A stretch of 64,000 nucleotides of DNA from an uncultured Candidatus Binatia bacterium. GTDB taxonomy: Bacteria; Desulfobacterota; Binatia; Bin18. The number at the start of each line of letters is the position of its first letter. Position 1 is the first letter of the stretch. The translations under genes and the position numbers were made by a program. Below the pieces are notes generated by a model that ran no database searches, was not told the origin of the DNA, and saw only the letters and a list, made by a program, of their open reading frames with translations. The stretch lies in assembly GCA_965200965.1 (NCBI GenBank), contig OZ241744.1:2848001-2912000 (forward strand). The letters are read 5' to 3'. Of the stretch, positions 52,723 through 63,368 are shown piece after piece.

Positions 52723-53637
52723 ATGGCAGAAATTGAATTTGGCACCGCGCTACCGGGAACGGACAAGACCGCGGAGTTTGCCCGGCGGGCGGAAGAACTG
52801 GGGTTTAACTATTTGGGTTGTGGTGAGCATGTGATGTTCCACGGGCCGGTCGGCAATACTTTCATATCGCTGTCGGTGGCCGCGGGGGCGACCCAAAAGA
52901 TCAAACTCATCAGCTCGATTGTGTTGCTGCCGCTGTATCCCGCGGCTCTGGTGGCCAAGATGGGCGCGGCGCTCGATGTGGCCTCCAACGGGCGCTACCA
53001 TTTTGGGGTGGGCATCGGTGGTGAGTTTCCCAAAGAGTTCGAGGCCTGCGGGGTACCGGTCAAGCAGCGCGGCTCACGGACCAATGAGGCCCTGGAAGTC
53101 ATCACCCGCTTGTGGACCGAGACACAGGTGTCTTTTGCCGGCAGGTATACAACACTCAATGAGGTCACGATTGAGCCTGCCCCGGTTCAAAAGCCGCGCC
53201 CGCCGATCTGGGTTGCCGGCCGCAAAGAGCCGGCCATGCGGCGCACCGCCACCTACGCCGATGGCTGGCTGCCGTATATGTATACGCCCGAGCAACTGCA
53301 CGACAGCATTGAGACAATCAAAGCCTACCGGCGGGAAGCCGGCCGTGATGTTGAGTCCTTTATTCCCGGGGTGTTTATTTTTACCGCCACCCACGCCAAG
53401 GGCGACACCGGCCGTGAGATGGTCGCCGCCCGGCTGGGCAGACAGTACGCCCAGGATTTCTCAAAGCTGGCCGGAAAATACGCCCTGGCCGGTACGCCCG
53501 ATGAGTGCCGCAAACGCTTGCAGGAGTATATTGACGCCGGGGCAAAAATGGTCATGCTGCCGTCGGCCTGCCCCGCCGATTATATTGAGGAAAACACCCG
53601 GCTTATCGCCCAGGAGATAATGCCGGCATTTCGGTGA
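52723..53637 (+). CDS. LLM class (F420/flavin-dependent) oxidoreductase
   Basis: AEELGF...GEH, PAPVQKPRPPIWVAG, ADGW. Confidence 0.92.
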   Translation: MAEIEFGTALPGTDKTAEFARRAEELGFNYLGCGEHVMFHGPVGNTFISLSVAAGATQKIKLISSIVLLPLYPAALVAKMGAALDVASNGRYHFGVGIGGEFPKEFEACGVPVKQRGSRTNEALEVITRLWTETQVSFAGRYTTLNEVTIEPAPVQKPRPPIWVAGRKEPAMRRTATYADGWLPYMYTPEQLHDSIETIKAYRREAGRDVESFIPGVFIFTATHAKGDTGREMVAARLGRQYAQDFSKLAGKYALAGTPDECRKRLQEYIDAGAKMVMLPSACPADYIEENTRLIAQEIMPAFR

Positions 53638-53904
53638 TCAGTCGGGCTTATGCCGGCGTTGCCTATCGCCGGCCCGACACTCAGGGCTGCAAAAGGTGCG
53701 CGCTTTGCCGCCCACCAGGGCACGAATCGCCTCCGGCTCGGGGATAAACTGCTCGCACTGCGCGCATTGCACAAGCGGCGTTCCGCCCGTTGTCGGCGGG
53801 TCTTGCCGCCCGGCGGGGGCGGGCGAGCGGAAGAGGCGGCGTACCCCACGCGAGATGAGGTACACCGCCCCGGCGATAATCAGGAGGCGGACCAGCCCTC
53901 CCAT
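53638..53904 (-). CDS. small membrane-anchored zinc-ribbon protein (PP0621-like)
   Basis: N-terminal TM, LVQCAQC..FIP, FCSPEC. Confidence 0.8.
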   Translation of the reverse strand: MGGLVRLLIIAGAVYLISRGVRRLFRSPAPAGRQDPPTTGGTPLVQCAQCEQFIPEPEAIRALVGGKARTFCSPECRAGDRQRRHKPD

Positions 53905-53906
53905 AC

Positions 53907-54866
53907 CTAGCCTTCGCGTGGGTCCTGCTGCGCGCCCGGCCCGGCTTGGGGAGCGTTGTTGTCGGTGCTGCTTTCCTGTACCACCGGTATCTCATTCTCC
54001 TGGTTGTAGTCGCTGCCCGGGCTTTGCAGGTAGTTGAGCAGTTCCGAGTTTGCCGGCAGCACCAGGGTAGTGCCGTCGGTCAGAATCTTCTCGTAGGTCT
54101 GCAAGCGACGGGTAAAAGCGTAGAACTCTTCGTCCTGCCCAAAGGCACCTGCATAAATCAGGGTTGCCTCGGCGTCACCCTCACCCTTGAGCTTTTCGCT
54201 CGTTTCGTAGGCGGTGGCCAGAATGATCTCGCGCTCACGTTCTGCCCCGGCCCGTACCTCGCGGGCCTTTTCATCGCCTTCGGCCCGATAGCGTTTGGCG
54301 ATACGTTCCCGTTCAGCCCGCATACGGGCAAAGACGCTGGCCTGGACTTCCTTGGGCAGGTCGAGGCGTTTGATGCGTACATCACGGACCTCAATGCCAA
54401 ACGACTTTGAGGTCTCAATGGTGTCTTTGGTCACGACCTGCATGATATTCTCCCGCTCTTCTCGAATCACGTCCAGAAAATTGTGCTTGGCGATCTCCTG
54501 GCGCAGACGGGCCGAGATAATTGCGTCAAGGCGGGTCCGGGCCTGCTCTGGATTCCGCACGCTGCGGTAGAACTCGAGCGGCTGCTCAATCCGCCAGCGC
54601 GAGACATGGTCAATCAACACCCGCTTTTTGTCGAGCGTCAGATACTCCGCGGGGCGGGCGTCGGTGGTCAGGACGCGCTTATCGAACCGAATCAGCTGCT
54701 GCATGAAGGGGATTTTGAAATACAGGCCAGGGTCGCGCAGGGTCCGTTGCCACTGACCGAACTGGAGGATCATCCCCTGTTCCCACTCGCCGATAGTGAA
54801 GGCGGGTTGCAAGATCGCAAAGGCAAAAACAACAACCAAACTGATACCAACCAGCAGACGTGCCAT
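53907..54866 (-). CDS. hflC: FtsH protease modulator HflC
   Basis: PGLYFKIPF, TLDKK, RMRAERER, FYAFTRRL. Confidence 0.93.
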   Translation of the reverse strand: MARLLVGISLVVVFAFAILQPAFTIGEWEQGMILQFGQWQRTLRDPGLYFKIPFMQQLIRFDKRVLTTDARPAEYLTLDKKRVLIDHVSRWRIEQPLEFYRSVRNPEQARTRLDAIISARLRQEIAKHNFLDVIREERENIMQVVTKDTIETSKSFGIEVRDVRIKRLDLPKEVQASVFARMRAERERIAKRYRAEGDEKAREVRAGAEREREIILATAYETSEKLKGEGDAEATLIYAGAFGQDEEFYAFTRRLQTYEKILTDGTTLVLPANSELLNYLQSPGSDYNQENEIPVVQESSTDNNAPQAGPGAQQDPREG

Positions 54867-54879
54867 AGTGTCCCTCCTT

Positions 54880-55953
54880 TTAGTTACGCGGAGCGGCCTG
54901 GGCCGCTCCCGCGGCCGCGGTCATGCCTCCCAACTCCTTGAGCGGCAGGAGGGGCACGACGCCGTTGCTGTTGCCCGCATCGAGAATAATTTTTTCCACA
55001 GCGGGCATGATCCGCTCAACGCTCTCCAGGTACAGACGGTCTCGGGTGACCTTTTTGGCCTTTTTGTACTCGCCCAGGACCTGCAAGAAGCGATCGGCGT
55101 CCCCCTGAGCGCGGATGACCCGCTGGGCTTTGTAGGCCTCGGCCTGTTGGAGTATCTGGGCGGCCTCGCCCCGGGCCTTGGGCACGACATCTTCACGGTA
55201 GCCCTCGGCCTCCTTAATCAAGCGGTCGCGGTCTTCGAGGGCCCGGACCACATCATGAAACGCATCCTGGACCTCGCCCGGCGGATCGACGGCCAGCAGC
55301 CTGGCTTCTGTGACATACAGCCCGGTCTGATAGGCGTCGAGCAACTCCTGGAGCGCAACCCGGGCCTGCTCCTGGACCTCTAGGCGTCCGTCGGTCATGG
55401 TGTGGTCAATGGTGTTGCTGCCGACCGCGCTGCGGAGCGCCACCTCTGCCGAGGAGTGCAAGATACCTTCCGGGTCGGAAGCCCCGAACAGAAATTTGGC
55501 CGGATCGTTGACCAGATACTGCACAAAGAGCTGGAGCTGGACGATGTTTTCATCGCCGGTCAGCATCAGGGCTTCTTCCGGTCGGGCGTCGGCCTGACCG
55601 CGTAGACCCCGGCCCACTGCGCCGCGTGTCCGAAAGCCGATCTCGGCATTCCGAATCTGTTTGACATCAACCACCGCATAGCGCTGGATCGGCCACCAAT
55701 GCCAGCGCAAGCCCGGCTCGGTCAACTCCGACACCCGCCCAAACAGGAGCTCGACGCCCTGTTCGCCAGGGCCAACGATGTACAGCCCGACATAACACCA
55801 CAGGGCCAGGGCCAGGGCACCGACCAAGCCAAAGACGCCCCAGCCGCGGTTGAAGATTTTAAACCTCTGGGCTTTTCTTTTGAGCTCTTCGACGGCTTGG
55901 AAGAGTTCATCAGCCGGTGATGGGCCGTCTTGATTTCGCCATTGATCTGCCAT
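54880..55953 (-). CDS. hflK: FtsH protease modulator HflK
   Basis: MLTGDENIV, VQDAFHDV, ARGEAA, RLYLE. Confidence 0.93.
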   Translation of the reverse strand: MADQWRNQDGPSPADELFQAVEELKRKAQRFKIFNRGWGVFGLVGALALALWCYVGLYIVGPGEQGVELLFGRVSELTEPGLRWHWWPIQRYAVVDVKQIRNAEIGFRTRGAVGRGLRGQADARPEEALMLTGDENIVQLQLFVQYLVNDPAKFLFGASDPEGILHSSAEVALRSAVGSNTIDHTMTDGRLEVQEQARVALQELLDAYQTGLYVTEARLLAVDPPGEVQDAFHDVVRALEDRDRLIKEAEGYREDVVPKARGEAAQILQQAEAYKAQRVIRAQGDADRFLQVLGEYKKAKKVTRDRLYLESVERIMPAVEKIILDAGNSNGVVPLLPLKELGGMTAAAGAAQAAPRN

Positions 55954-56109
55954 GCCTGGCCTCCTTCCGCTGAGGGGAATAGGAAAAACGTTCCCCTCAT
56001 CCTACTCCATCTCCTCCGCCAACTCCAGCCTTGGTTTCTTGACTGGACACAGGCGGCGGCCGCGGGGTATTGTTCAGGCCATGCGCCTGTGACAGGGAAG
56101 GAGGAAACC

Positions 56110-56901
56110 ATGCCTGATCACGCCTTGCTCTTACACAAAGAGCCGCCTCTTGCCTGGCTTGTGTTCAATCGGCCCGAACGCCGCAACGCCGTCAGTCTGG
56201 AGATGTGGCAAGCCCTGCCCGACTTGGTCGCCGAGGCCGCTGAGGACCCGGCGGTGCGTGTGCTGCTTGTCCGGGGCGGGGGAGAAGAGGCGTTTATTTC
56301 TGGGGCCGATATCTCGCAGTTTGGCAAAGTCCGCTCTTCATCGGAGACCATGAGCGTCTATAACCGGGCGACCGGCGCTGCGCTGCACGCCCTCGAACAA
56401 CTGGAAAAGCCGCTGGTGGCCATGATCCATGGCTTCTGCCGGGGCGGCGGCTGCTCGGTTGCGCTGATGTGCGACCTGCGGCTGTGCGCCGATGACGCGA
56501 GTTTTGGGATTCCGGCCGCCCGGCTGGGTATTGCCTATGCCATTGAGACCGGGGTGGAGCGGCTGGTGCAGGTCGCAGGGGCGGCCAACGCGGCCGAGAT
56601 TCTGATGACCGCCCGGACCTATGACGCCGAAGAAGCCTGCCACATGGGCCTGGTGAACCGGGTCATCGCCAAGACCGAACTCGAATCCTTCACCCGCGAT
56701 TATGCTACCACAATGGCCGACAACGCCCCGCTCAGCGTAGCTGCCCATAAGTTCTTTATCCGCGAGAGCGCCAAAGCCGCGGCCCTGCGGGACGCCGACA
56801 AAATCCGCGCCCTGTCTGCCGCCTGTGCCGAGAGCGAAGACTACCGCGAGGGCGTGCGGGCGTTCATGGAAAAGCGCCGCCCGCGGTTTCAGGGCAGCTA
56901 G
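56110..56901 (+). CDS. enoyl-CoA hydratase/isomerase
   Basis: FNRPERRNA, AFISGADI, AFMEKRRPRFQG. Confidence 0.92.
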   Translation: MPDHALLLHKEPPLAWLVFNRPERRNAVSLEMWQALPDLVAEAAEDPAVRVLLVRGGGEEAFISGADISQFGKVRSSSETMSVYNRATGAALHALEQLEKPLVAMIHGFCRGGGCSVALMCDLRLCADDASFGIPAARLGIAYAIETGVERLVQVAGAANAAEILMTARTYDAEEACHMGLVNRVIAKTELESFTRDYATTMADNAPLSVAAHKFFIRESAKAAALRDADKIRALSAACAESEDYREGVRAFMEKRRPRFQGS

Positions 56902-56919
56902 GATCACGTCCGTGTGTCC

Positions 56920-57004
56920 GCGGTGGTGCTGACCCGAGTGCGTTCTTCAGTCTGATATTGAAGAAGCGAGGGCACGGTTGAAGAACTGGAATCTGAGACC
57001 TTAG
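56920..57004 (+). pseudogene. C-terminal remnant of a RelE/HigB-like addiction module toxin
   Basis: QSDIEEARARLKNW* just upstream of the antidote, with a frameshifted GGADPS before it. Confidence 0.5.
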
Positions 57005-57016
57005 ACCAATGATGGA

Positions 57017-57313
57017 ATGAGCAAAGAATTTGTAAAGGTAAAGCACAACGACTGGCTCTACGAACAACTGGGAGATCCGGGTTTTGCCGCAGCATATCTG
57101 ACCGCGGCGGCAGAAGACGAAGAACCAGCGGTATTCCTGCAAGCGCTTCGTAAGGTCGCCGAGGTCCGAGGCATGACGCAGGTCGCCAAACGGGCGGGGA
57201 TTCCACGCGAGAGCCTGTACCGGATGCTCTCGGCAAAGGGCAATCCGCGGTGGTCAACGCTCGCTCCGGTCGTCCGGGCGACGGGGCTGAAGCTTGAAGT
57301 GATTCGGCCATGA
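57017..57313 (+). CDS. addiction module antidote protein (HTH)
   Basis: AAYLTAA.ED, RGMTQVAKRAGIPRESLYRMLS..GNP. Confidence 0.9.
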   Translation: MSKEFVKVKHNDWLYEQLGDPGFAAAYLTAAAEDEEPAVFLQALRKVAEVRGMTQVAKRAGIPRESLYRMLSAKGNPRWSTLAPVVRATGLKLEVIRP

Positions 57314-57441
57314 GATATCGAGTGGGTTGGATGTCCTGAAAAAGCCTCCAGGCCAGGGGAGGAGGATGCTGGAAGCCTTATTTGAGGAGCGTTCGGGGCA
57401 GTCTAATCTGGGTTCAACAGGGGGGAGGCTTGACCGCAATT

Positions 57442-58095
57442 ATGACTGAAAATTCAGCCACTACAAAAGAGGAGATGTTGCGCGAGTTTCGCGTCCGGGA
57501 AATTCTGGATGCAACGTGTCGAGTGGTGTCGCGGCACGGCTTTCAGGGGGCGACCGTCGATCGCGTAGCAGAAGAGGCCAGGATCGCCAAAGGCACGATC
57601 TATCTCTATTTCCACAAAAAAGAAGAGCTGTTCAAAGCCGCGGTTGAGCAGGGCATGGAGAACTTCACCGACCAGGTTCGGGCCGAGGTGAAAGAAGTCA
57701 GCGCTCCGCTCGAAAAAATCGTGTGTCTGGTTGAAGCCGTTCTTGAGCTGAGCGATACCAACCGCGACTTTTTCAAGATGCTACTGCTTGAGCGCAACCT
57801 GCTGGCCGCCTCGCCGGACCATCCCGAGGCGTCCCATACGCTGGACCTCTATCTCGACTACATCCGGTTTATTGAGGAGACGCTTCAAGAGGCGGTTCAT
57901 GCCGGGGTGCTTCGTCCGCATAACACCGAAGCCTCAGCCTTTGCCCTGAGCGAGTCCATGCGGGGATGCTTCCAGCAGCGGGCCTTGGGGCTGACGGCGC
58001 GCTCGGCCACAGAGGACGCCGAGATTTTGCTTGACCTGCTGATGCACGGGGTGCTCAACCCCGATCAGAGCACCAACAAGGGGGTGTCATCGTGA
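57442..58095 (+). CDS. TetR/AcrR family regulator
   Basis: VDRVAEEARIAKGTIYLYFHKKEEL. Confidence 0.92.
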   Translation: MTENSATTKEEMLREFRVREILDATCRVVSRHGFQGATVDRVAEEARIAKGTIYLYFHKKEELFKAAVEQGMENFTDQVRAEVKEVSAPLEKIVCLVEAVLELSDTNRDFFKMLLLERNLLAASPDHPEASHTLDLYLDYIRFIEETLQEAVHAGVLRPHNTEASAFALSESMRGCFQQRALGLTARSATEDAEILLDLLMHGVLNPDQSTNKGVSS

Positions 58096-59213
58096 AACGC
58101 AGATCGGTCCTCCCACTGCTGGCGGTCCTGGGCGGCCTCGTAGCGGTCGGCTGCCAGGACGGAGATTCCAAGGTCGCCGAGGCCGAGGCGGCCAAGCCCG
58201 GCCAGGCTGAGCAGGCGGCCGCCCCGGGGCTTACCGTTCAGGTTGCCGCGCCGGTCGTGCGCCAAGTCCAGCGCACCGGCCACGGTCAGGGTGCGCTGTT
58301 TGCCCATGAGACGGTCGTCCTGTCAAACAAGCAGGACGGCTATGTCAGCACCGTCCATGTTGACTTTGGGGACGAGGTCCGCCGCGGTCAGCTCTTGGCC
58401 CAGATGGAACGCGAGGAGCTCGCCCTTGAGGTTGACGCCGCGGAAAGCGCGGTCAAACAGGCCGAAGCCCTGTATATCCGGGCCGAGGCCGAAAACCAGC
58501 GCATTCAAGAGTTGTTTGCCGAGCAGATCATTCCGCCCCAGCGCCGCGACACCGCGGAAGCCGAGTACAAAGTCGCCGCCGCCCAGGTCGAAACCGCCAA
58601 GAAAGCCCTGGCCTTGGCCAAGAAACGCCTGCGCGATACCCGCATTGTGTCGCCGGTCAACGGCTTTGTTCAACAGCGCTTCGCCAACCCGGGCGAGTAC
58701 AAACAGGCCGCCTCCAAACTGCTGGAGGTGGTGGTGGTCAATCCGCTCAAACTGCGCTCGCCTGTCCCGGAACGGTTTGCCGCGGTGGCCCGCATCGGCA
58801 TGGCCCTCCGCGTCGAGGTCGAAGCCCTGCCAGGCGAGATGTTTGAGGGCCGGCTGACCCGGATGGCCGCCCAGGCTGACCACCGGACACGCACCCTGCT
58901 GATCGAAGCCGAAATCCCCAACCCCGACCGCAAGCTGCGGCCCGGCTATTTTGCCCACATCACCGGGGTGCTGGGCGAAGAAGAAGCCCTGTTCATCCCG
59001 CGCGCCGGCCTCTCCCGCTTTGCCGGTGTGGAACGGGTCTTTGTCGTGCAGGACAATATCGTTGTCTCGCGCGAGGTGCGGTCCGGGGTTGAGGACGGGG
59101 ACTGGGTCGAGATCGCCGAAGGGCTGGCCCAGGATGAAGTGATCGCCGTCAGCCGCCTCAACCGTCTGGCCGAGGGCATGGCGGTGCAGGTCCACCGCGC
59201 GGAGGCCCCATGA
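58092..59213 (+). CDS. RND efflux periplasmic adaptor (lipoprotein)
   Basis: LVAVGC lipobox, VDFGDEV, IVSPVNG, LRPG. Confidence 0.92.
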   Translation: MKRRSVLPLLAVLGGLVAVGCQDGDSKVAEAEAAKPGQAEQAAAPGLTVQVAAPVVRQVQRTGHGQGALFAHETVVLSNKQDGYVSTVHVDFGDEVRRGQLLAQMEREELALEVDAAESAVKQAEALYIRAEAENQRIQELFAEQIIPPQRRDTAEAEYKVAAAQVETAKKALALAKKRLRDTRIVSPVNGFVQQRFANPGEYKQAASKLLEVVVVNPLKLRSPVPERFAAVARIGMALRVEVEALPGEMFEGRLTRMAAQADHRTRTLLIEAEIPNPDRKLRPGYFAHITGVLGEEEALFIPRAGLSRFAGVERVFVVQDNIVVSREVRSGVEDGDWVEIAEGLAQDEVIAVSRLNRLAEGMAVQVHRAEAP

Positions 59214-62200
59214 TTCTCGCCGATATCTGTGTTCGCCGGCCGGTCTTTGCCACCATGCTGATCGGCGTGCTGGTGGTGGCCGGCTGGTTCTCATACCGCA
59301 GCCTGACCCTGGAGTTGATGCCCAAGGTCGAGATGCCTGTTGTCACCGTGACCACCACCTTGCCGGGTGCCGGCCCGGAAGAAATTGAGGCCCAGATCAC
59401 CAAGATCATTGAGGAGGCCATCAATACGGTCAGCGGGATTGATGAACTGCGCTCGGTGACCCGAGAAGGGCTCTCGCAGGTGATCGTCCAGTTTGTCCTG
59501 GAAAAAGACCTCGGCGTTGCCGCCCAGGAAGTCCGCGACAAGGTCGGCACAATTCTGGCCGAGCTGCCCCAAGACGCCGACCCGCCGATTGTGGAGAAGT
59601 TTGATATTGACGCCACGCCTATTGCGACGATTACGGTCTCCGGCTTCCGGAGCCTGAAAGAACTGACCGAAATCGCCGAAAACCAGGTCAAGGAGCCGCT
59701 GGAGTCGGTGACCGGGGTGGGGGCGATTGACATTATTGGCGGGCGCAAGCGGGAGATACAGGTTTTGCTTGACCACGAACGCCTGATGGCCTACCGGCTG
59801 TCAATGCGCACGGTAGCCGAAGCGCTGGCCAAACAGAATGTCGAGTTTCCCGGTGGGCGGATCACCCAGGACAGCGGCGAGACCGTGCTGCGCACCCTCG
59901 GTCGGGTCAAGTCGGTCCGCGAGTTTGAAGATATTGTGGTGGCGACCACAGACGGCGTGCCGATCACCATCGCCGACATTGGCCGGGTCGAAGACGGGGT
60001 TGAAGAACCCCGCTCGCTGTCCCGCTACGACGGCAAGAATGCCGTGTCGCTGGTGATCCGCAAGCAGTCGGGGGCCAACACAGTGGATGCGGTTGAGGCC
60101 CTGCAGGAACGCCTGACCGAGGTCCAGAAGCTCCTGCCGCCCGGGCTGGACGCCCGCATCACCCGCGATCAGTCAGAGTTTGTCAAAGCCTCGGTCCACG
60201 AGGTTGAACAGCATCTCATCCTCGGCTCGATATTTGCCAGCATCATTGTGTTTTTCTTTCTGGGCAACCTGCGTTCAACCATTATTGCCGCGGTCTCCAT
60301 CCCGGTCTCGATCATTGCTACCTATACCCTGCTGGCCGCGGCCGGCTACTCGCTCAATCGGATCACGCTGCTCGGCCTGACCCTGGCCGTAGGCATTGTG
60401 ATTGATGACGCCATTGTCGTCCTGGAAAACATCTACCGCTACATTGAAGAGAAGGGCATGAACCCGTTTGAGGCGGCCCGGGCCGCCACCGCCGAGGTCG
60501 GCCTGGCGGTCAGCGCCACCACCTTGTCGCTGGTGGTGATTTTTGTGCCGGTCGGCTTCCTCAAAGGCATCATTGGCATGTGGCTCAGTAGCTTCGGCTT
60601 TACAATGGCCTTTGCCATCATGGTCTCGCTGCTGGTGTCGTTCACCCTGACGCCGATGATGTGCGCCCGCTTCCTGCCCAAGAATAGCGACCACAAGGCC
60701 CATTCATCGCGCGAGTCGCTCTTCTACCGACTCATTGACCGCAGCTATACGGCCATGCTGGCCTGGTCTATGCGCCACCGCTGGGTGGTCGTGTGTCTGA
60801 CCCTGGGGCTGTTTATCGCCACCCCGTGGATCGCCGGCCTCGTTCGGCCCAGCCTGATGGCCAGCGATGATCGGGGCGAGTTTGAGATCAACATCAAAAC
60901 CCCGCCCGGCTACTCGCTGGCCCAGACCGATGCCGTTACCCGCCAGATTGAGGCCGAGATTCAGCCCTTGCCGGGCGTTGCCCATCTGCTGACCGAGATC
61001 GGCTCGGTCGTTGGCGAGTCGGTCACCAGGGCCAAGATCGTCGTCCTGCTCAACCACTACACCGAACGCGACCTGAAGCAGCACCAGGTCATGGACTTGG
61101 CCCGGGAGAAGGTCCAGGGTTTTCCGGGTATGCGCATCAGCGTAGACCAGATTCTGCCGGTGAGCGGCGGCGGCGTGCAGAACGTTGACGTGTCCTACAA
61201 CCTGCGTGGCCCGGAATTGGAAACCCTGCACCACTACGCCGAGGCGTTGACAACCGAGGCCCGGCAGATTCCCGGTCTGCGCGATGTGGACTCGAGCTAC
61301 GAGGGCGGCAACCCTGAACTGCAAGTCCACCTCAACCGCCGCAAGTCTTCCGACCTTGGTGTTGAGGCCGCGGATATTGCCTCCACCATCCGCATCATGG
61401 TTGCCGGCGAGAAAATCACCACCTACCGCGAGGGCGACGAACTCTACGATGTGCGCCTGCGCCTCGCCCCCGAGAGCCGCAACCGGCCGGAGGTCATCCA
61501 GCAGGCCGCCATCCCCTCGGCCGCGGTCGGACAGGTCCAGCTCAGCAGCCTGGTGGACATGATTCCGGGCACCGGCCCGGTCCAGATTGACCGCCAGGAG
61601 CGCCAGCGCCAGATTACGCTGACGGCCAACTTGGCCAAGGGCAAGGCGCTGAGCGACGCGATTGCCGACATTGACGCCAAGGTTGAAGACATGGGCCTGC
61701 CGCCCGGCTATACGACCGGCGTCTCGGGTATGGGCAAGATGTTTGCCGAGATGATGGAGAGCTTCCAGCTTGCCTTTCTGCTGTCGATCATCGGCATGTA
61801 TATGATTCTGGCCGCTCAGTTCGAGAGCTTTCTGCATCCCATTACGATCATGCTGTCGCTGCCCCTGGCAGTGCCGTTTGCCCTGCTGGCCCTGTGGCTG
61901 TTCGATCAGCATCTGGCTCTGTTTGCAATTCTGGGTATGTTGCTGCTGTTCGGGATTGTGAAGAAGAACTCAATCCTCCAGATTGACCATACGATCAACC
62001 TGCGCGCCCAGGGCATCCCGCGTGACGAGGCCATCCTGCGGGCCAACCGTGAGCGCTTGCGACCGATTCTGATGACCACCCTGGCCCTGGTAGCCGGCAT
62101 GGTGCCGATCCTCATCGGTCAGGGGCCGGCGGCCGAGAGCCACCGCGGCATTGCAGTGGTGGTGATCGGCGGGCAGAGTCTGTGTCTGCTGATTACCCTG

Positions 62201-62359
62201 CTGGTGACGCCGGTCGCCTACTCGCTGTTTGACGACATGGAAGCCGGCTTGGCCAGGCTGCTTGAGCGGCTGCGCCGGGCCGTGGCTTGGCTGCGCTTCC
62301 GCCGTACGCCCGGCCCGGCCCATGTCGCCGGGGTCGGCGAAGAGCCTATTGCGGACTGA
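59210..62359 (+). CDS. RND efflux permease (AcrB family)
   Basis: GIVIDDAIVVLENI, RLRPILMTT. Confidence 0.96.
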   Translation: MILADICVRRPVFATMLIGVLVVAGWFSYRSLTLELMPKVEMPVVTVTTTLPGAGPEEIEAQITKIIEEAINTVSGIDELRSVTREGLSQVIVQFVLEKDLGVAAQEVRDKVGTILAELPQDADPPIVEKFDIDATPIATITVSGFRSLKELTEIAENQVKEPLESVTGVGAIDIIGGRKREIQVLLDHERLMAYRLSMRTVAEALAKQNVEFPGGRITQDSGETVLRTLGRVKSVREFEDIVVATTDGVPITIADIGRVEDGVEEPRSLSRYDGKNAVSLVIRKQSGANTVDAVEALQERLTEVQKLLPPGLDARITRDQSEFVKASVHEVEQHLILGSIFASIIVFFFLGNLRSTIIAAVSIPVSIIATYTLLAAAGYSLNRITLLGLTLAVGIVIDDAIVVLENIYRYIEEKGMNPFEAARAATAEVGLAVSATTLSLVVIFVPVGFLKGIIGMWLSSFGFTMAFAIMVSLLVSFTLTPMMCARFLPKNSDHKAHSSRESLFYRLIDRSYTAMLAWSMRHRWVVVCLTLGLFIATPWIAGLVRPSLMASDDRGEFEINIKTPPGYSLAQTDAVTRQIEAEIQPLPGVAHLLTEIGSVVGESVTRAKIVVLLNHYTERDLKQHQVMDLAREKVQGFPGMRISVDQILPVSGGGVQNVDVSYNLRGPELETLHHYAEALTTEARQIPGLRDVDSSYEGGNPELQVHLNRRKSSDLGVEAADIASTIRIMVAGEKITTYREGDELYDVRLRLAPESRNRPEVIQQAAIPSAAVGQVQLSSLVDMIPGTGPVQIDRQERQRQITLTANLAKGKALSDAIADIDAKVEDMGLPPGYTTGVSGMGKMFAEMMESFQLAFLLSIIGMYMILAAQFESFLHPITIMLSLPLAVPFALLALWLFDQHLALFAILGMLLLFGIVKKNSILQIDHTINLRAQGIPRDEAILRANRERLRPILMTTLALVAGMVPILIGQGPAAESHRGIAVVVIGGQSLCLLITLLVTPVAYSLFDDMEAGLARLLERLRRAVAWLRFRRTPGPAHVAGVGEEPIAD

Positions 62360-62389
62360 GCCGCGCCAGAAAAAACCCTTGCGGCCTTA

Positions 62390-62872
62390 TCAGAATGGGC
62401 CGGCCAGCGCCCGCAGGGCTTGGCCGCTGACCCGGTAGGACAGCCATTCCTCCAGGCACTCCAGACCGAGACGGCGGTAGAAGGTCCGGGCCGGGTTCCA
62501 GTCCAGGACCTGGAGCTCAAGCCGGGCATAGCCGCGACGGACGGCAATGGCGGCCAGTGCCCGCATCAGTTTTTCCCCGACCCCCTGGCCGCGTACCGCT
62601 TCCTCAACAAAGATATCTTCGAGATGAATGCCAGCCGTGCCTTCCCAGGTGGAGTAGGTCGGAAAAAAGAGGGCAAAGCCGACCGGAACACCGTCCAGCT
62701 CAGCAATCAGGGTTTCAAATTTGGGCTGTGGGCCAAAACCGTCGCGCAGCAGGTCCCGCGTCGTCGCCTTGACCGCCTCAGGCTTGCGCTCAAAGGCCGC
62801 CAAGCTCTTGATGAAGCACAGGATGATGTCAACATCGGCGGCGCTGGCCGGGCGGACAGTGACAGACGACAT
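62390..62872 (-). CDS. GNAT N-acetyltransferase (diamine acetyltransferase-like)
   Basis: YSTWEG, LEDIFV, RGQGVG, VLDWN. Confidence 0.92.
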   Translation of the reverse strand: MSSVTVRPASAADVDIILCFIKSLAAFERKPEAVKATTRDLLRDGFGPQPKFETLIAELDGVPVGFALFFPTYSTWEGTAGIHLEDIFVEEAVRGQGVGEKLMRALAAIAVRRGYARLELQVLDWNPARTFYRRLGLECLEEWLSYRVSGQALRALAGPF

Positions 62873-62914
62873 GGGCCAGGAATAGAACGGCCCAGGGCAA
62901 AGGGCAAGGGGATT

Positions 62915-63360
62915 TTAGGGATCTGTTTTCACCAGGCGGAACTCTCCCCTGACCGCATTCCGATACAGGGTGATCTGCCCGATGTGCCGCGCCCGGCCCT
63001 CTTCGTCGCTGACGCCCAAGCCATCCTGGGGGGGCGAGGCACAGGACGCCGATTTTGCCGATCTGCTTGTTGTGATGGACCTGCAAGGCGGCCTCCCCGG
63101 TGTCCTCCAGCAGATAGGTTTCTGACAGCAGGGGGTGAATGGCGCGTTTGACCACCAGCCGGTTGGCCTCCCAGGCCACGGGAGTTGGCGAACTGGGAGC
63201 CGATAATCTGCTTTTTGTTCATCCACAGATAGCGGTTGTCGTACTCATGGTCATAGCCGGCGGTTGAGGCGCAGGTCACGACCTTGCCGCCCGGTCGGGC
63301 CACAAAGACGCTGGCTCCGGTCTCCCGGCCCGGGTGCTCATAGACCACATCGTGGTCTTC
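62915..63360 (-). pseudogene. frameshifted C-terminal remnant of crotonyl-CoA carboxylase/reductase
   Basis: EHPGRET, TCASTAGY.HEYDNRYLWM, AWEANRL, GKIGVLCLAP, GLGVSD spread over three frames. Confidence 0.85.
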
Positions 63361-63368
63361 CTTGTTGC

